Source: Neovahlkampfia damariscottae
Lineage: Eukaryota
Direction: 5' to 3'
NCBI GenBank assembly: GCA_016618085.1
Contig: JABLTG010000114.1
Coordinates: 45,374-65,373 of the forward strand
DNA: 20,000 nt
The stretch's first letter is position 1, and every line of letters starts with the position of its first letter. Below the pieces are notes generated by a model. It saw nothing but the letters and a program-made list of their open reading frames with translations. It was not told where the DNA came from and made no database searches. Of this stretch, positions 1 to 10,136 are shown in pieces. The translations under genes were made by a program, and so were the position numbers.

Positions 1-174
1 AATGAAAAAAAAGAAAAGAAAGAAAAAAAACCAAAAGAAAAGAAACCAAAAAAAGAAAGAAAACCTTTGGAGTAAAAAAAAAAAAAAATTTAAATTTTAA
101 TTTTTAGTAAGGACGAGTTAGATAATGACTTGGATAGTTATTTCGCAAAATCAACTGAAACAAAAGAAGAATAA
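1..174 (+). CDS. 3' end of an ALYREF/Yra1/CHTOP-like mRNA export protein (C-terminal UAP56-binding/FoP motif); exons <1-71, 108-174
   Basis: Splicing the GT-AG intron 72-107 gives ...KPKKERKPLDKDELDNDLDSYFAKSTETKEE*. 'K(D/E)ELDxDLDSY' matches the C-terminal UBM of ALYREF/CHTOP. Not in the ORF track. Confidence 0.65.
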
Positions 175-284
175 AAAATTACATTTCTCATTGGTCTTTT
201 ATAGATCTAAAATTAATTCATCTTTTCATTGGTTCACTTTGTACTGTTTGCCGTCTTCATATAACAACTCGATCAAATTCTAAA

Positions 285-3200
285 ATGATACCAATCAAAG
301 AAAAAAACGAAGCTTTGTTGAATATAAATGATATTTTATTGACAAAAACTCTCAAAGTTTTACCAAAATCTCAAATATATTCAGCAGAAACAGTTGATTT
401 TAATAAAATACCAACAAAGTCTATAATGATTGAAGTTTTTGATTCAACTAAATTTAAAAAACCACAAGAAGAAGAAATAAAAAGGTTAAACGAAAAAAGT
501 GAATTAAAACATCCAAACCTTTTGAAGAAATTCGGTAACTTTGAAAACCAAGGAAAATTTTTTTCTGTTTCTGAAAGAATTGAAGGTAAATATAAATCAA
601 AAATATATTAAAATTAAATATTAAAAGTGTATTTATCAGATTTAATTTCATATAAATACCCAAAAGGAATAACAAATGTTTCATTAATAGCTACTGTTTT
701 ACAAGATATTTTAAAAGGATTAAATTATATACATTCAAAAGAACAATATCAAGGACATCTTTGTACTAACCATATTTTAATTGATTCAACTTTTACTGTA
801 CTTTTAGATCCAATAGAACCTTTTTATGAAGATTTATCACCAGAAAATTGTTGGATTTCACCAGAACTTTTAAAAGAAAAAAAATTATCAATAGCTTCAG
901 ATATTTGGAGTTTTGGTGTTTTATGTCTTGAAATATCATCAGGTGTTACTCCTAAATTTGATGAAAATCAAACAAAGTTCAAATTTACAAATATACCAGC
1001 ACTTTTGAATATGCAAAATGATTTATATTGTAATTCATTTAAAGCAATGGTTGATCTTTGTTTAAGAAAAAATCCAAATGAGCGACCTGATTCAAATGAA
1101 TTATTGAAACATGATTTTTTTTTAAATTCAACAACAACAGATTCTTTATATTCTTCTTTATATGAACATTTAAATAACTTGGATAATTTAAAAACTATTG
1201 ATGATGATGTTTATTCAAAATGGACTTATGATTCAACCAATAGCGAAGAAGATTTAGTTTCTCCAAAAAATGGAATTTCAAATGATTCAAGTTTTTATTT
1301 TGAAACTGGTTCTTTAAATCGTTCATTATCTCATCAAAATATATTTTCATTTAAAGAACAAAATTCACTTCAAAAATTTAAAAGCGCAAAAAATTTAAAA
1401 GAAACAAAAAAAGATCAACATCCGATAAAATATCTTTTAATGGATGACGAAGAGTATGGTAGACTTGTTGATTCACCTGAATCAGTTATATTCAAATTTG
1501 AAAAGAAAAATCAAAACACATCAAAAGGAAATCATTCATCCAATGATAAATCTGACTCATCAAATGAAGATCAATTTAAAAATAGAAATAAAAATATGAA
1601 ACCAAAAAATATAATAATTGAATCGAACAATATAAATTTAAAATCAAATCAAAAATCAAGTCCAAATCAAAAATTATTAAATCAACAAGACAAAAAAACA
1701 AATACAGTTGAAAAAAGAGGTCGTTTTGTTATTGAAACAACAACACCTACAAATTCAATATTGCATAAATTTTCAGAATTTGATCAAGATGAAAAAGTAG
1801 AATCAAGTTCAAGAGAATCACTTTCACCCAATGATATTTCAAATCAATCAAAAAAAGATTTTAAAGAAGAAAAAATTGGAAGATTTCAAATTACATCACC
1901 ATCATCATCACATTATCAACAATATTCTTATTCATGTCCAACTTCACCTTCAAAAAAATTAGTGACAAAAAAAAAGGAAAATGGAAAAAATGAAGAAATA
2001 TTTGGTAGATTTAAGATATCTGAACCAAATTTAAATGAAATTGAAAGTTCACCAAAAAGTCAAAAGAAAAAGAAATTTATTGTTTCTGATGTTAAAAAAG
2101 ATTCAAGTCAAAAAGAATATGAATCAGATAATGAAAGTATAGTTAAACAAAGATCAAAATCAATAAAATCAGAATCATCTGATTTATCAACTACATCAAA
2201 TAATACAATAATGAAAAAAGAAGAAACTATTCAGAATCATAGAAATTCAATTGATTTAGGATCTCAACCATTATCATCACCTAAAAAACAAGATCAATCT
2301 TTTAGTAGATTTAAAAAAGAAAATACAACAGAAATAGTTGGTAGATTTACTATTGCTGATGTTGTTAGTTCATCAATTAAAAACGTAAAGAATAAAAGTG
2401 AAAATATAAAAGGAGATGGATCATTTGGTAGATTTCATGTCAAAGAAATTACAACATCAGATTCAAATAATGTATGTAGTAGTAGTGGTGGTGTTGGTAG
2501 TAGTGTTGGTGGTGTTAACTCTAATACAAAGAGTAGATTTACCATTTCTGATGTCATTTCTGATACAGATTCACAAAAATCTGATACAGCTGAAACAAGA
2601 GGTAGATTTACTATTTCTGATGCACCTACCATTACAACACCAACCAATACAGATAATATTGACTCACAAACTATTTTTGAAAAAGAAAAAAAATTGAAAG
2701 AATCAAGTTCACCTGATTTAAAAAAAGGTAGATTTAGAATTTCTGATGCATCTTCAAAAACACAAAATTCAGAAGAACTTGAAAGAATTGAAAAAAAGAA
2801 AAAAATAACAAATTTGAAAGTTGAAATTGTTAATAAAAATAGTGAAGTTATTGAAGAGACACATGGTAGATTTACTGTTGTAACAAATTTAAAAGATCAA
2901 TCACCAAAATCAGGATTTGAAAATGAAAGAAAAGATATTGATAATATATTTAATCATCCAAAGAAAAAAGAAACAAAAGAATCAAAAGAAGAGGTTGTTG
3001 GAAGATTTAAAATTAAAACACTTGAAGATAAGTCATCAAATTTGACACCTGAACATGCTGTTTCTCCAAGAATTGTAAATATTTCTGAACATACACCAAC
3101 AACACCAAATACTCAATATTTTACAAAACAATCAACTCAAGACCAACAACAAGAGGAAGTTAATGTTGCTGGTAGATTCACTGTGAAGACTTATAAAACG

Positions 3201-3449
3201 GAACAAGAGAAAAAAAAACAACAACAAAATTTAAAAGTTCAAGAAGACATTCAGGAGCTTAAACATCAAAATGAAAAGCAAATGAAAACTTTAAACTTAT
3301 TGCTGGAGTTAATGAATCAAAAAAATTCTGGTGAAAAGATTTCCAAACAACTGGAGGAAATGAAAAAGGAAATCAAAGAATTATCAAGCGAAGTTCGCGT
3401 TTTAAGAAAAGAAAATCAAGTACTCAAAGAGTTCTTGACAAAAAAATAA
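285..3449 (+). CDS. STE20 (OSR1/SPAK/Fray- or STRAD-like) probable pseudokinase, ~1040 aa, with a disordered RFx[V/I]-repeat tail and C-terminal coiled coil; exons 285-585, 628-3449
   Basis: Intron 586-627 joins the two ORFs in frame (…IEV YLSDLI). Kinase-fold segments LKHPNLL, IATVLQDILKGLNYIH, WISPE, SDIWSFG, CLRKNPNERP are present, but GxGxxG, the VAIK Lys, HRD and DFG are not recognisable. Confidence 0.8.
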
Positions 3450-3507
3450 ATTCTTTTTTTTTTTGTGTAATGAAAATATTTTATTTCACAATCTCCAGGA
3501 AAAAAGT

Positions 3508-3723
3508 TTATCTTAACTAAAGAAAAAAAAAAGTTAGAATTCTTTGAAAATGAAAACAAACTTTAGCAAAACCGATGTTAGCGTGGTTTTCTTTGAAACA
3601 TTGTCTGCATAAATTTAATCCGTATTTTCTAATTAAACCGTGTCTATGTTCACAAATTCTGCACATTCTTGAACCTGAACCGAATTTTTTAGGGTGAGAT
3701 TTCCAAATATTTTTATGAGCCAT
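3508..3723 (-). CDS. RPS29: 40S ribosomal protein S29 (uS14), 56 aa; exons 3723-3562, 3516-3508
   Basis: [24 protein letters not shown]…[15 protein letters not shown]…IGFAK|LR*, with the zinc-finger CxxC pairs. Intron 3517-3561 gives the canonical 56-aa length. Confidence 0.97.
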
Positions 3724-3724
3724 T

Positions 3725-3773
3725 CTAAAAAAGATAAAAGTTAGTATACACGAACTAAAAACTTTGTGCTTAC
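3725..3773 (-). other. Probable 5'UTR intron of RPS29 ending 1 nt before the ATG; alternative donor at 3794
   Basis: Minus strand reads GTAAGC…TACTAAC (perfect branch point, 3746-3740)…pyrimidine tract…TAG|A ATG. Confidence 0.7.
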
Positions 3774-3885
3774 TTCTAACTTGTTTGTGCTTACTAAAAC
3801 TTTCGTCCAATTAAAAACGATTTTCAGAGATATTTATTGGAGAATTAAGTGACCAATCGGAAAATTCCAAAGCAAAAATAAAAAC

Positions 3886-6800
3886 TCATTTAATTTTTAA
3901 TAATTCAACAATTTCTGGAAAAGATAAACGACCATCACCATCTTCATCAATTTCCGACATTAACTCCAAAACTTCCAAATCAGAAATCAATTTTGTACCC
4001 AAATCTTCTCTTAAATTGAACTTCGTAATCATCAAAGGAAACATATCTCTACATTCATCAAATTCTAAGAAACCTGATAAATCTTCATCAAATTGTTGAA
4101 ATGTCTCCCAAATTACATGATAAATCTCCAATGATTTCATTAATTGTCCAAATCCACCTTCTGCCATTCTTAACCACCATTCCAAAAATTCATCAAAATC
4201 AACATTACCTTGACCATCAGAATCCATTAAATGAATTAATAAATCCATATATTTTTTGAAAACTGGAAATCCTAAATCTCTCATTAATTCTTTTAATTCT
4301 AAAACATCAATAGTTCCAGAATTATCTTCATCATATTTTTGAAATATTCTTGCAATTTCTTCTGGATCTGTTGTACATTTCATATCAATAGATCCTTCTT
4401 TTGCTAATTTTTTAAACTCTAAATATTTTTTGTATTCTTCAATTTCTTCTAATTCCTTAGTTGTTAAATTTTTCTTTTGTGAAATGGTTGATGAAATATT
4501 AATCAAAGAAACAGCTCCAATATTTGGTGAATCAACAGGCTTAGTTTTTGTATCTGATTTTCGATTTGTTTCAACTTTTAGTTCTGATTTACGTTTTGGC
4601 TCAGGTTTAGGTGGATCTGGTTCTGTTGGATCAATCAATGGTGCCATTTTTTCTTCTTCTTTCTTTTTTGGTTCTGGTTTAATTTCAGTTTTTTTTTCAC
4701 CAACTACACGAATTTCAGGTTCTTTCTTTGCTCCCACCACACGAATTTCAGGTTCTGATTTCTTTGGTCCTCCAACAACACGAATTTCTTGATTTGTAGG
4801 TTTCTTTGGACCTCCAACGACTCTAATTTGTGACTCATCATATTTAGGTTCTGGTTTTTTCTTTTTTGAAAATAAACCGCCAAATAAACCTTTCTTTTCT
4901 TTTATTGGTGGTTTTGTTCCACCAACTACTCGAATTTCTGGTTGTTTCTTTGCACCCACGACACGAATTTCTGGCTCTTTTTTTGCACCAACTACACGAA
5001 TTTCAGGTTCTTTTTTTGCACCAACTACACGAATTTCTGGCTCTTTTTTTGCACCTACAACTCTAATTTCAGGTTCAGATTTTTTCTTTGCTTCTTCTTC
5101 TTCTTTTTGTTTTTTCTTTTTTTCTTCTTCTTCCTTTCTCTTTTTTTCTTCTTCTATTTTTCTCTTCTTTTCTTCTTCTTCTTTCTTTTTTGCTTCTTTT
5201 TTCTCTTCCTCTTTTTTCTTTGCTTCTTCTTTTTTTCTTTGTTCTTCTTGTTTCTTTTCTAATTCAATTCTTTTCATTTCTTCTTGTTTTTGTTTTTTAA
5301 TTTGATCAAATTGTCTTATTGAATCCATTTTAGGAATCAATTCGTTAGATAACATAGATTCTCTATTATTCATTGGCATTATATCATTTGGATTTGGAAT
5401 ATCACCATCTATTTGTAACATTGAGATCTTTGTTGTTAATTCATTATCAAAAGCATCAAAATCAAAGGATGTAGGTCTTGATTGAATAGCTCTTAAAGAA
5501 CGATGTTCAATATCAGTTTTTTGTTTTCTTATTCTTGGTTTCATATCAACATCTTCAAATCCAAGTGATTCCATTATTTGTTGAGCTGTTTTATAAATAA
5601 TTCTTGGTTCTTCATTTTTTTCAAGAGCATCTTCTTCTTCTTTTTGTTTTTTTGGTAATTCAAATACAATTCCTTCTTCTGTTATTTTCTTTTTTTTTGG
5701 TAATTCAAAAAATTCACCTTCTTCTGTTGTTGTTTTTTTTTTTGGTTTTTCAAATTTTTCTTCTTCTTCTTCATCTGATGATATTGTCTTTTGCATTCTT
5801 TTCTTTTTTGGTTTTTCAAAATCAATATCATCTTCTGATGATGAATCTTGTTTTTTCATCAATTTTTTTTTAGGTAATTGAAATTCTTTTTTGTCTTCAT
5901 CTGATGATGATTCTGTTTTTAATACTTTTTTCTTTGGTAATTCAAAAGTTTCAGTAGGTTCTGGTTCTTCATCTGATGATTCTTCTGCTGCTTCTACAAC
6001 TTCTTCATCTGAGGAATTGTCTGATTTCTTGATAACTTTTTTCTTTGGTAATTCAAATTCTTCATCTGATGAATCTGCCTTCATGACTTTCTTTTTTGGT
6101 TTCTCAAATACTTTTTCTTCATCTGATGAATCTTTTTTGAGTATTTTCTTTTGTGGTTTTTCAAATTTCTCTTCTTCTTCATCTAATGAACTTTCTTTTT
6201 TGATAACTTTTTTTTTTGGTAATTCAAATTTTTCATCTTCATCTGATGAAGTATCAATTTTTGGTTTAACTCTTTTTGGTTTTTGAAATTTTGATTTTTC
6301 TTCTTCTTCATCTGATGACGTCAATAATGGTTTTTTTAATTTTTTTTTCTTTTTAATTTTTTCATCTTCTTCTGAAGAAGAGGAAGAGTTAATTATTTTC
6401 TTCTTTCTTGATTTGAATTTCTCTTCTTCTTCTGATGATGAATCTTTGTTGATTTTTTTTTTCTTTATTTTTTTCTTTGGTTCTTCATCCGATGAATCTG
6501 AATCCGAATCAATTGGTTTCTTTTTTCCAAGTTTCTTTTTTTTTGGTTTTTCATCTTCTGATGAGCTTTCATTTTTTATTTGCTTCTTTTTTTTTGGTTT
6601 TGGTTTTTCATCTTCGGAAGAAGATACTTCAGTTTGAAAATTAAATCCTTCAATAGAAAATTGAATAGATCCTTTTCCTTCATCTAAATTCTCTGAAAAT
6701 TGTACTTTCTTTTTTAAAGCTTTTTTAAATTTTGATGAATCAACTTTAATAGATCTGATGAATTAATTAAATAATAAAACGAGTTACCCGAGTGGAATTG

Positions 6801-7071
6801 AGTCATCAAGTGGGTCAAAGTGTATAACTTTAATATCTACTAAAATTCCATCATTTTGTATGTCCTCCAAATTGACTTCAAATTCGCTTTCAAAGTCAAA
6901 AATTGGATCAACTGTTTTTCTTTTATTTTTTGATTTGTCTTCAAAAACTAATTTATTATTTATTTTACATTCTATTTCTACAAATGGATTTGATAGTTTT
7001 TTGGTTTTTGCTTCAAGTCCTTTTGCACCTTCAACAACAAAACAAAACTTTCCCATTTTGGTACTTTTCAT
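3886..7071 (-). CDS. ~1050-aa Ca2+-binding protein: N-terminal C2 domain, SSDEE/FELPKKK repeats, EK coiled coil, EIRVVG repeats, four C-terminal EF-hands; exons 7071-6788, 6754-3886
   Basis: Removing the 33-nt intron 6755-6787 (contains the stop) fuses ORFs 6784-7071 and 3886-6324 in one frame. C2-like: VVEGAKGL…SNPFVEI…KRKTVDPIFD. EF loops: DEDNSGTID, DSDGQGNVD, DEDLSGFLE, DEDGDGRLS. Confidence 0.85.
4690..5078 (-). repeat. Coding repeat: nine (P/S/Q)(E/Q)IRVVG units, five of them in tandem at 33-nt period (EPEIRVVGAKK)
   Basis: Seen directly in the translation and DNA (recurring gcaccaactacacgaatttc); copies differ mostly at synonymous positions. Confidence 0.95.
5640..6632 (-). repeat. 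Coding degenerate repeat: SS(D/E)EE…F(E/Q)(L/K)PKKK, alternating acidic and basic blocks
   Basis: Visible in the translation; recurrent tcttcatctga on the plus strand. Confidence 0.9.
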
Positions 7072-7201
7072 TGACCAATAAAAAAGAGATAATTTTATGG
7101 GTGAGAATTTTTTTTTTTTATTGAATTCTTTGAAAATTCAATTTTGGGTATTTTTCAAATACAACTGATTTTTTGGAACGGTTAACCAATCATATCAACA
7201 A
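7072..7201. promoter_or_regulatory. 130-nt bidirectional promoter with a CCAAT box next to each ATG
   Basis: CCAAT at 7075-7079 and at 7186-7190 (AACCAATCA). Confidence 0.55.
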
Positions 7202-8802
7202 ATGGACAATAAAAAAATCATCACAGGCACTTTAATCGGTCTTGGTTCAGTTATTGGACTTGGTCTTCTTTATAAATATTATTTTGCTTCACCAACTGAA
7301 ACAAAAGAAAAAGTTGAAGAAAAAAAAACAAAAGAAGAACCAAAAGTTGAAGAAACAAAAGTAGAAAAAGAAGTTGCAGAAAAAGTTCAAGAAATAAAAG
7401 AAGAACCATCAAAAATTGTCCAAGAACCAAAAAAACCAGAACCAGAAAAGAAACAAGAAGAAAAAGTTGTTTCTCCAAAACAAGAAGAAAAAAAAGAAGA
7501 TTCAGATAAAGAAGAGTCAACAATTGATATTGATATGTCAGGTTCACAATTTCAAGATTCAGATGAAGAAGATGGAAATGGTAAACTGACGGGAGAAATC
7601 AATTTAGAAAATTCACACTTCAAAGATAACTCAATGTCAAATTCAATCAATAATAGCTTTGTTGTTGTTGATGAACCACCAACACCTTCAGAATTCAAAA
7701 TGTTTGTCCGTTTATCAAAAATACCAACTGTTGAATCATGGAAAGTAGACGCAACTGCAAAATTCTTAGGAATTAAAGTTAATTATGTTGAAGTTACAGA
7801 TGAAGATCTTGATAGTGGATTCTTTAAAGAAATGATTTCACCAATGCTTCAATTTCCAACACTTCAAACTCCACAAGGAACTATTTGGGAATCAAATGCT
7901 ATTGTTAGATATTTATCAACAGTTGGAAATGATAGACAATTATATAACGCATTTGTTGATAATTGGTTAGTTTGGTTTGAAAATTTACAAAAGAAAATTT
8001 CTGTTGTTCTTAATCATTCTTTGGGTAATAAAGTTAAACCAACCAAACCAGAAATTAAAGAATTTGATGAAATCATCAATAATGCATTTACCATTTTGAA
8101 CAAACAATTAGAAGGTGTTGAATATATCTGTCAAGATATGAGTCTTGCTGATATTCAAGTTTGAATTTTTTAAACTCATTTTCATAGGGTGTTTGTTTGT
8201 TTAGAAAATTATATGAAACACAATTTGATGAAGATTTTAGAAAGAAATATTCAAAAGTTACTTCATGGTTCAAACATGTTGCTTCAAAACCTGAAATTTC
8301 TCTTGTTTTAGGAGAACCAAAATTTAAAGTATCAAAAAAGAATGAAGAAGGTGCTAAAGGATTTGATATGAAAGCATATAAAAAGAATTATCTTTCTATT
8401 GAAGTGCCACATGATACTTTAACTTATCTTTGGAAACAAAATGTAAATCTTCAACAAGGAAATACATGTTATTTTGTAACTTCAAAAAAAACAGACTATG
8501 AATCAAAAGATGAATCATTGGATTTAATTGAATCATTTACTACACAATTTAAAGAAGAATCAACTTTCGCTATTCATTATTTGTTGAATACAGATGAAAA
8601 ACACCATGAAATTGTTGGAATCTATATTTTTGAAGGAAAACAAACTCCTGATGTTTTTAAATCATCAGATTTCTCAAAAACATTCACTTTCAAAAGACAA
8701 GACTGGAAAAAAAATAAAAAAGATATTGATAATTATTTATCAGCAGTCTATGGTCAAAAATTATTAGGAAAGAAGGTCATTGATAAACAATTAAATTTTT
8801 AA
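7202..8802 (+). CDS. Divergent eEF1B-gamma-like protein (GST-N, GST-C, EF1G C-terminal domain) with an N-terminal transmembrane anchor and acidic linker, ~523 aa; exons 7202-8158, 8188-8802
   Basis: PMLQFPTLQTPQGTIWESNAIVRYL (GST-N); SLADIQ|GVCL…DFRKKYSKVTSWF…KPE (GST-C of EF1Bgamma); FDMKAYKKNY…LTYLW and IDNYLS (EF1G domain). The 29-nt intron 8159-8187 restores the frame. Confidence 0.8.
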
Positions 8803-8861
8803 AAAAATAAAAAAATTGATTATTTTTTCCACCAATCATTATTTCTTAAAACTCAATCAGA

Positions 8862-9139
8862 ATGACAAAGAGAACAGACGTACCTGAGTTAAAAAGATAC
8901 TTGGATAAAAAACTTTTAGGTAAAACAATCTTTTTCTTTTTTAAATATTCATCATAGTAAAAATGAATGCTGGTCGTGAAGTTTCAGGTTATCTTCGTGG
9001 ATATGACCAATTCCTCAACATTACTTTAGACGATACAGTTGAAGTTGTGAAAAATAAACCAGATGGTGAAAAATTAGGTTTTATTGTTGTCAGAGGTAAT
9101 AGTATTGAAATGTTAGAGTGTTTAGAAGTAATGAAATAA
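8862..9139 (+). CDS. SNRPG: Small nuclear ribonucleoprotein G (SmG), 79 aa; exons 8862-8919, 8958-9139
   Basis: MTKRTDVPELKRYLDKKLL|VKMNAGREVSGYLRGYDQFLNITLDD…GFIVVRGNSIEMLE contains the Sm1/Sm2 motifs and the SmG-type PELK start. Intron 8920-8957. Missing from the ORF track. Confidence 0.93.
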
Positions 9140-9164
9140 AAGAAACAAAGAAAAGTTTTTATTT

Positions 9165-9207
9165 TTTTTTTTAAAAGACACTTTACAATTTTGTCTTTTA
9201 AAAAAAA
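9165..9207. other. Perfect 16-bp inverted repeat (11-nt loop) between convergent genes
   Basis: ttttttttaaaagaca (9165-9180) pairs with tgtcttttaaaaaaaa (9192-9207). Confidence 0.6.
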
Positions 9208-9224
9208 CCACTCCTATTTGAAAT

Positions 9225-10004
9225 TTATTCAGATTTAGCAATAACTGAATTTTTTAAAAAGTCTGATAATTTAATAGGTCCTTGAACATCATCTGGTGAT
9301 TCATCTTCGAGAATGTAAATATTGAAATTTCCAAGGTCTTGTGTTTTGTCTTGTAAAAGTGTAACTACAAGTTTATCACCATCTCCAATAAGCATAGCAT
9401 CTGGATGTTCTCTTAAGAATTTGAACATGTTTGTTTCATCATCTTCAAGAGCAAATTCAGTATCAAATGAAGTATTTGGTAGTTTAAGTTTTTTGTTTAC
9501 AAGTTCTCCTGAAAATGTGGTATCCAAGAATTGAAGCATTGTTGTTGGAATATCATATGTTTCTTTATATTGTCTGTTGACTTGTTGTTCATATACACCT
9601 TTTAATCTTTTGATTTGTTTCATGACTTCTGCATCTAGTTCTGTTTTTGCAACTTGTACTTTTGGTGCTTCAGTTTTTTTTGTTCTGACTTTTTTTTCAA
9701 CTGGTTTTACTTCAATTGGAGCTTCAACTTTTTCAACTGGCTTTGGTTCTGATTTCTTTTCTTTCTTTTCTTTGAGATCTAATTTTGACATTTTTTCAAC
9801 AACTTTTTCAACATTTTCTTTATCTTCAGTAGATGTTGTCTTTGTTTTTGTGGTTCTATGTTCTTTTTGTTCATTTTCTGAAAGGACAGTCATAGTTTTG
9901 TAATCATAAACTTTTCTTGTTCTTGTTCCAGAAATGATATTTGAAGGGTCTACTTTTGATGATGCAATTCTTTTTGATCTATCCACTTTTCTTGTTGTTG
10001 ACAT
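9225..10004 (-). CDS. Hypothetical 259-aa protein: N-terminal CHZ-like motif, charged linker, possible SMI1/KNR4 (SUKH)-like C-terminal domain
   Basis: Intact ATG ORF. VDPSNIISGTRTRKVYDYK resembles Chz1 IDTSNIITSGRRTRGKVIDYK. The C-terminus has IP..M..FL / LIGDGD / IYILEDE / LSDFL in a SUKH-like order. Confidence 0.6.
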   Translation of the reverse strand: MSTTRKVDRSKRIASSKVDPSNIISGTRTRKVYDYKTMTVLSENEQKEHRTTKTKTTSTEDKENVEKVVEKMSKLDLKEKKEKKSEPKPVEKVEAPIEVKPVEKKVRTKKTEAPKVQVAKTELDAEVMKQIKRLKGVYEQQVNRQYKETYDIPTTMLQFLDTTFSGELVNKKLKLPNTSFDTEFALEDDETNMFKFLREHPDAMLIGDGDKLVVTLLQDKTQDLGNFNIYILEDESPDDVQGPIKLSDFLKNSVIAKSE

Positions 10005-10136
10005 GTTTGGACAGTTTTTTTTTTTTCGTTAAATTGCCGTTACACTAAATGCAACTCATTTATTGGTTAATTTTGGCGGGAAGAAAATCATTGGTCATTT
10101 CCTCAACCAATAAACTCTAAAAACATCCAGTTCATA

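Noticed and set aside
4915..5078. 33-nt tandem repeat superficially like a CRISPR array
   Set aside because: No unique spacers, period is a multiple of 3, variation is mainly synonymous, it lies inside a eukaryotic CDS and no cas genes are present.
4430..6637. Plus-strand Phe/Ser/Leu-rich ORFs (4430-4792, 4942-5262, 5088-5300, 5891-6286, 6413-6637, etc.)
   Set aside because: Antisense shadows of the Lys/Glu-rich C2/EF-hand gene; the composition simply mirrors AAA/GAA codons.
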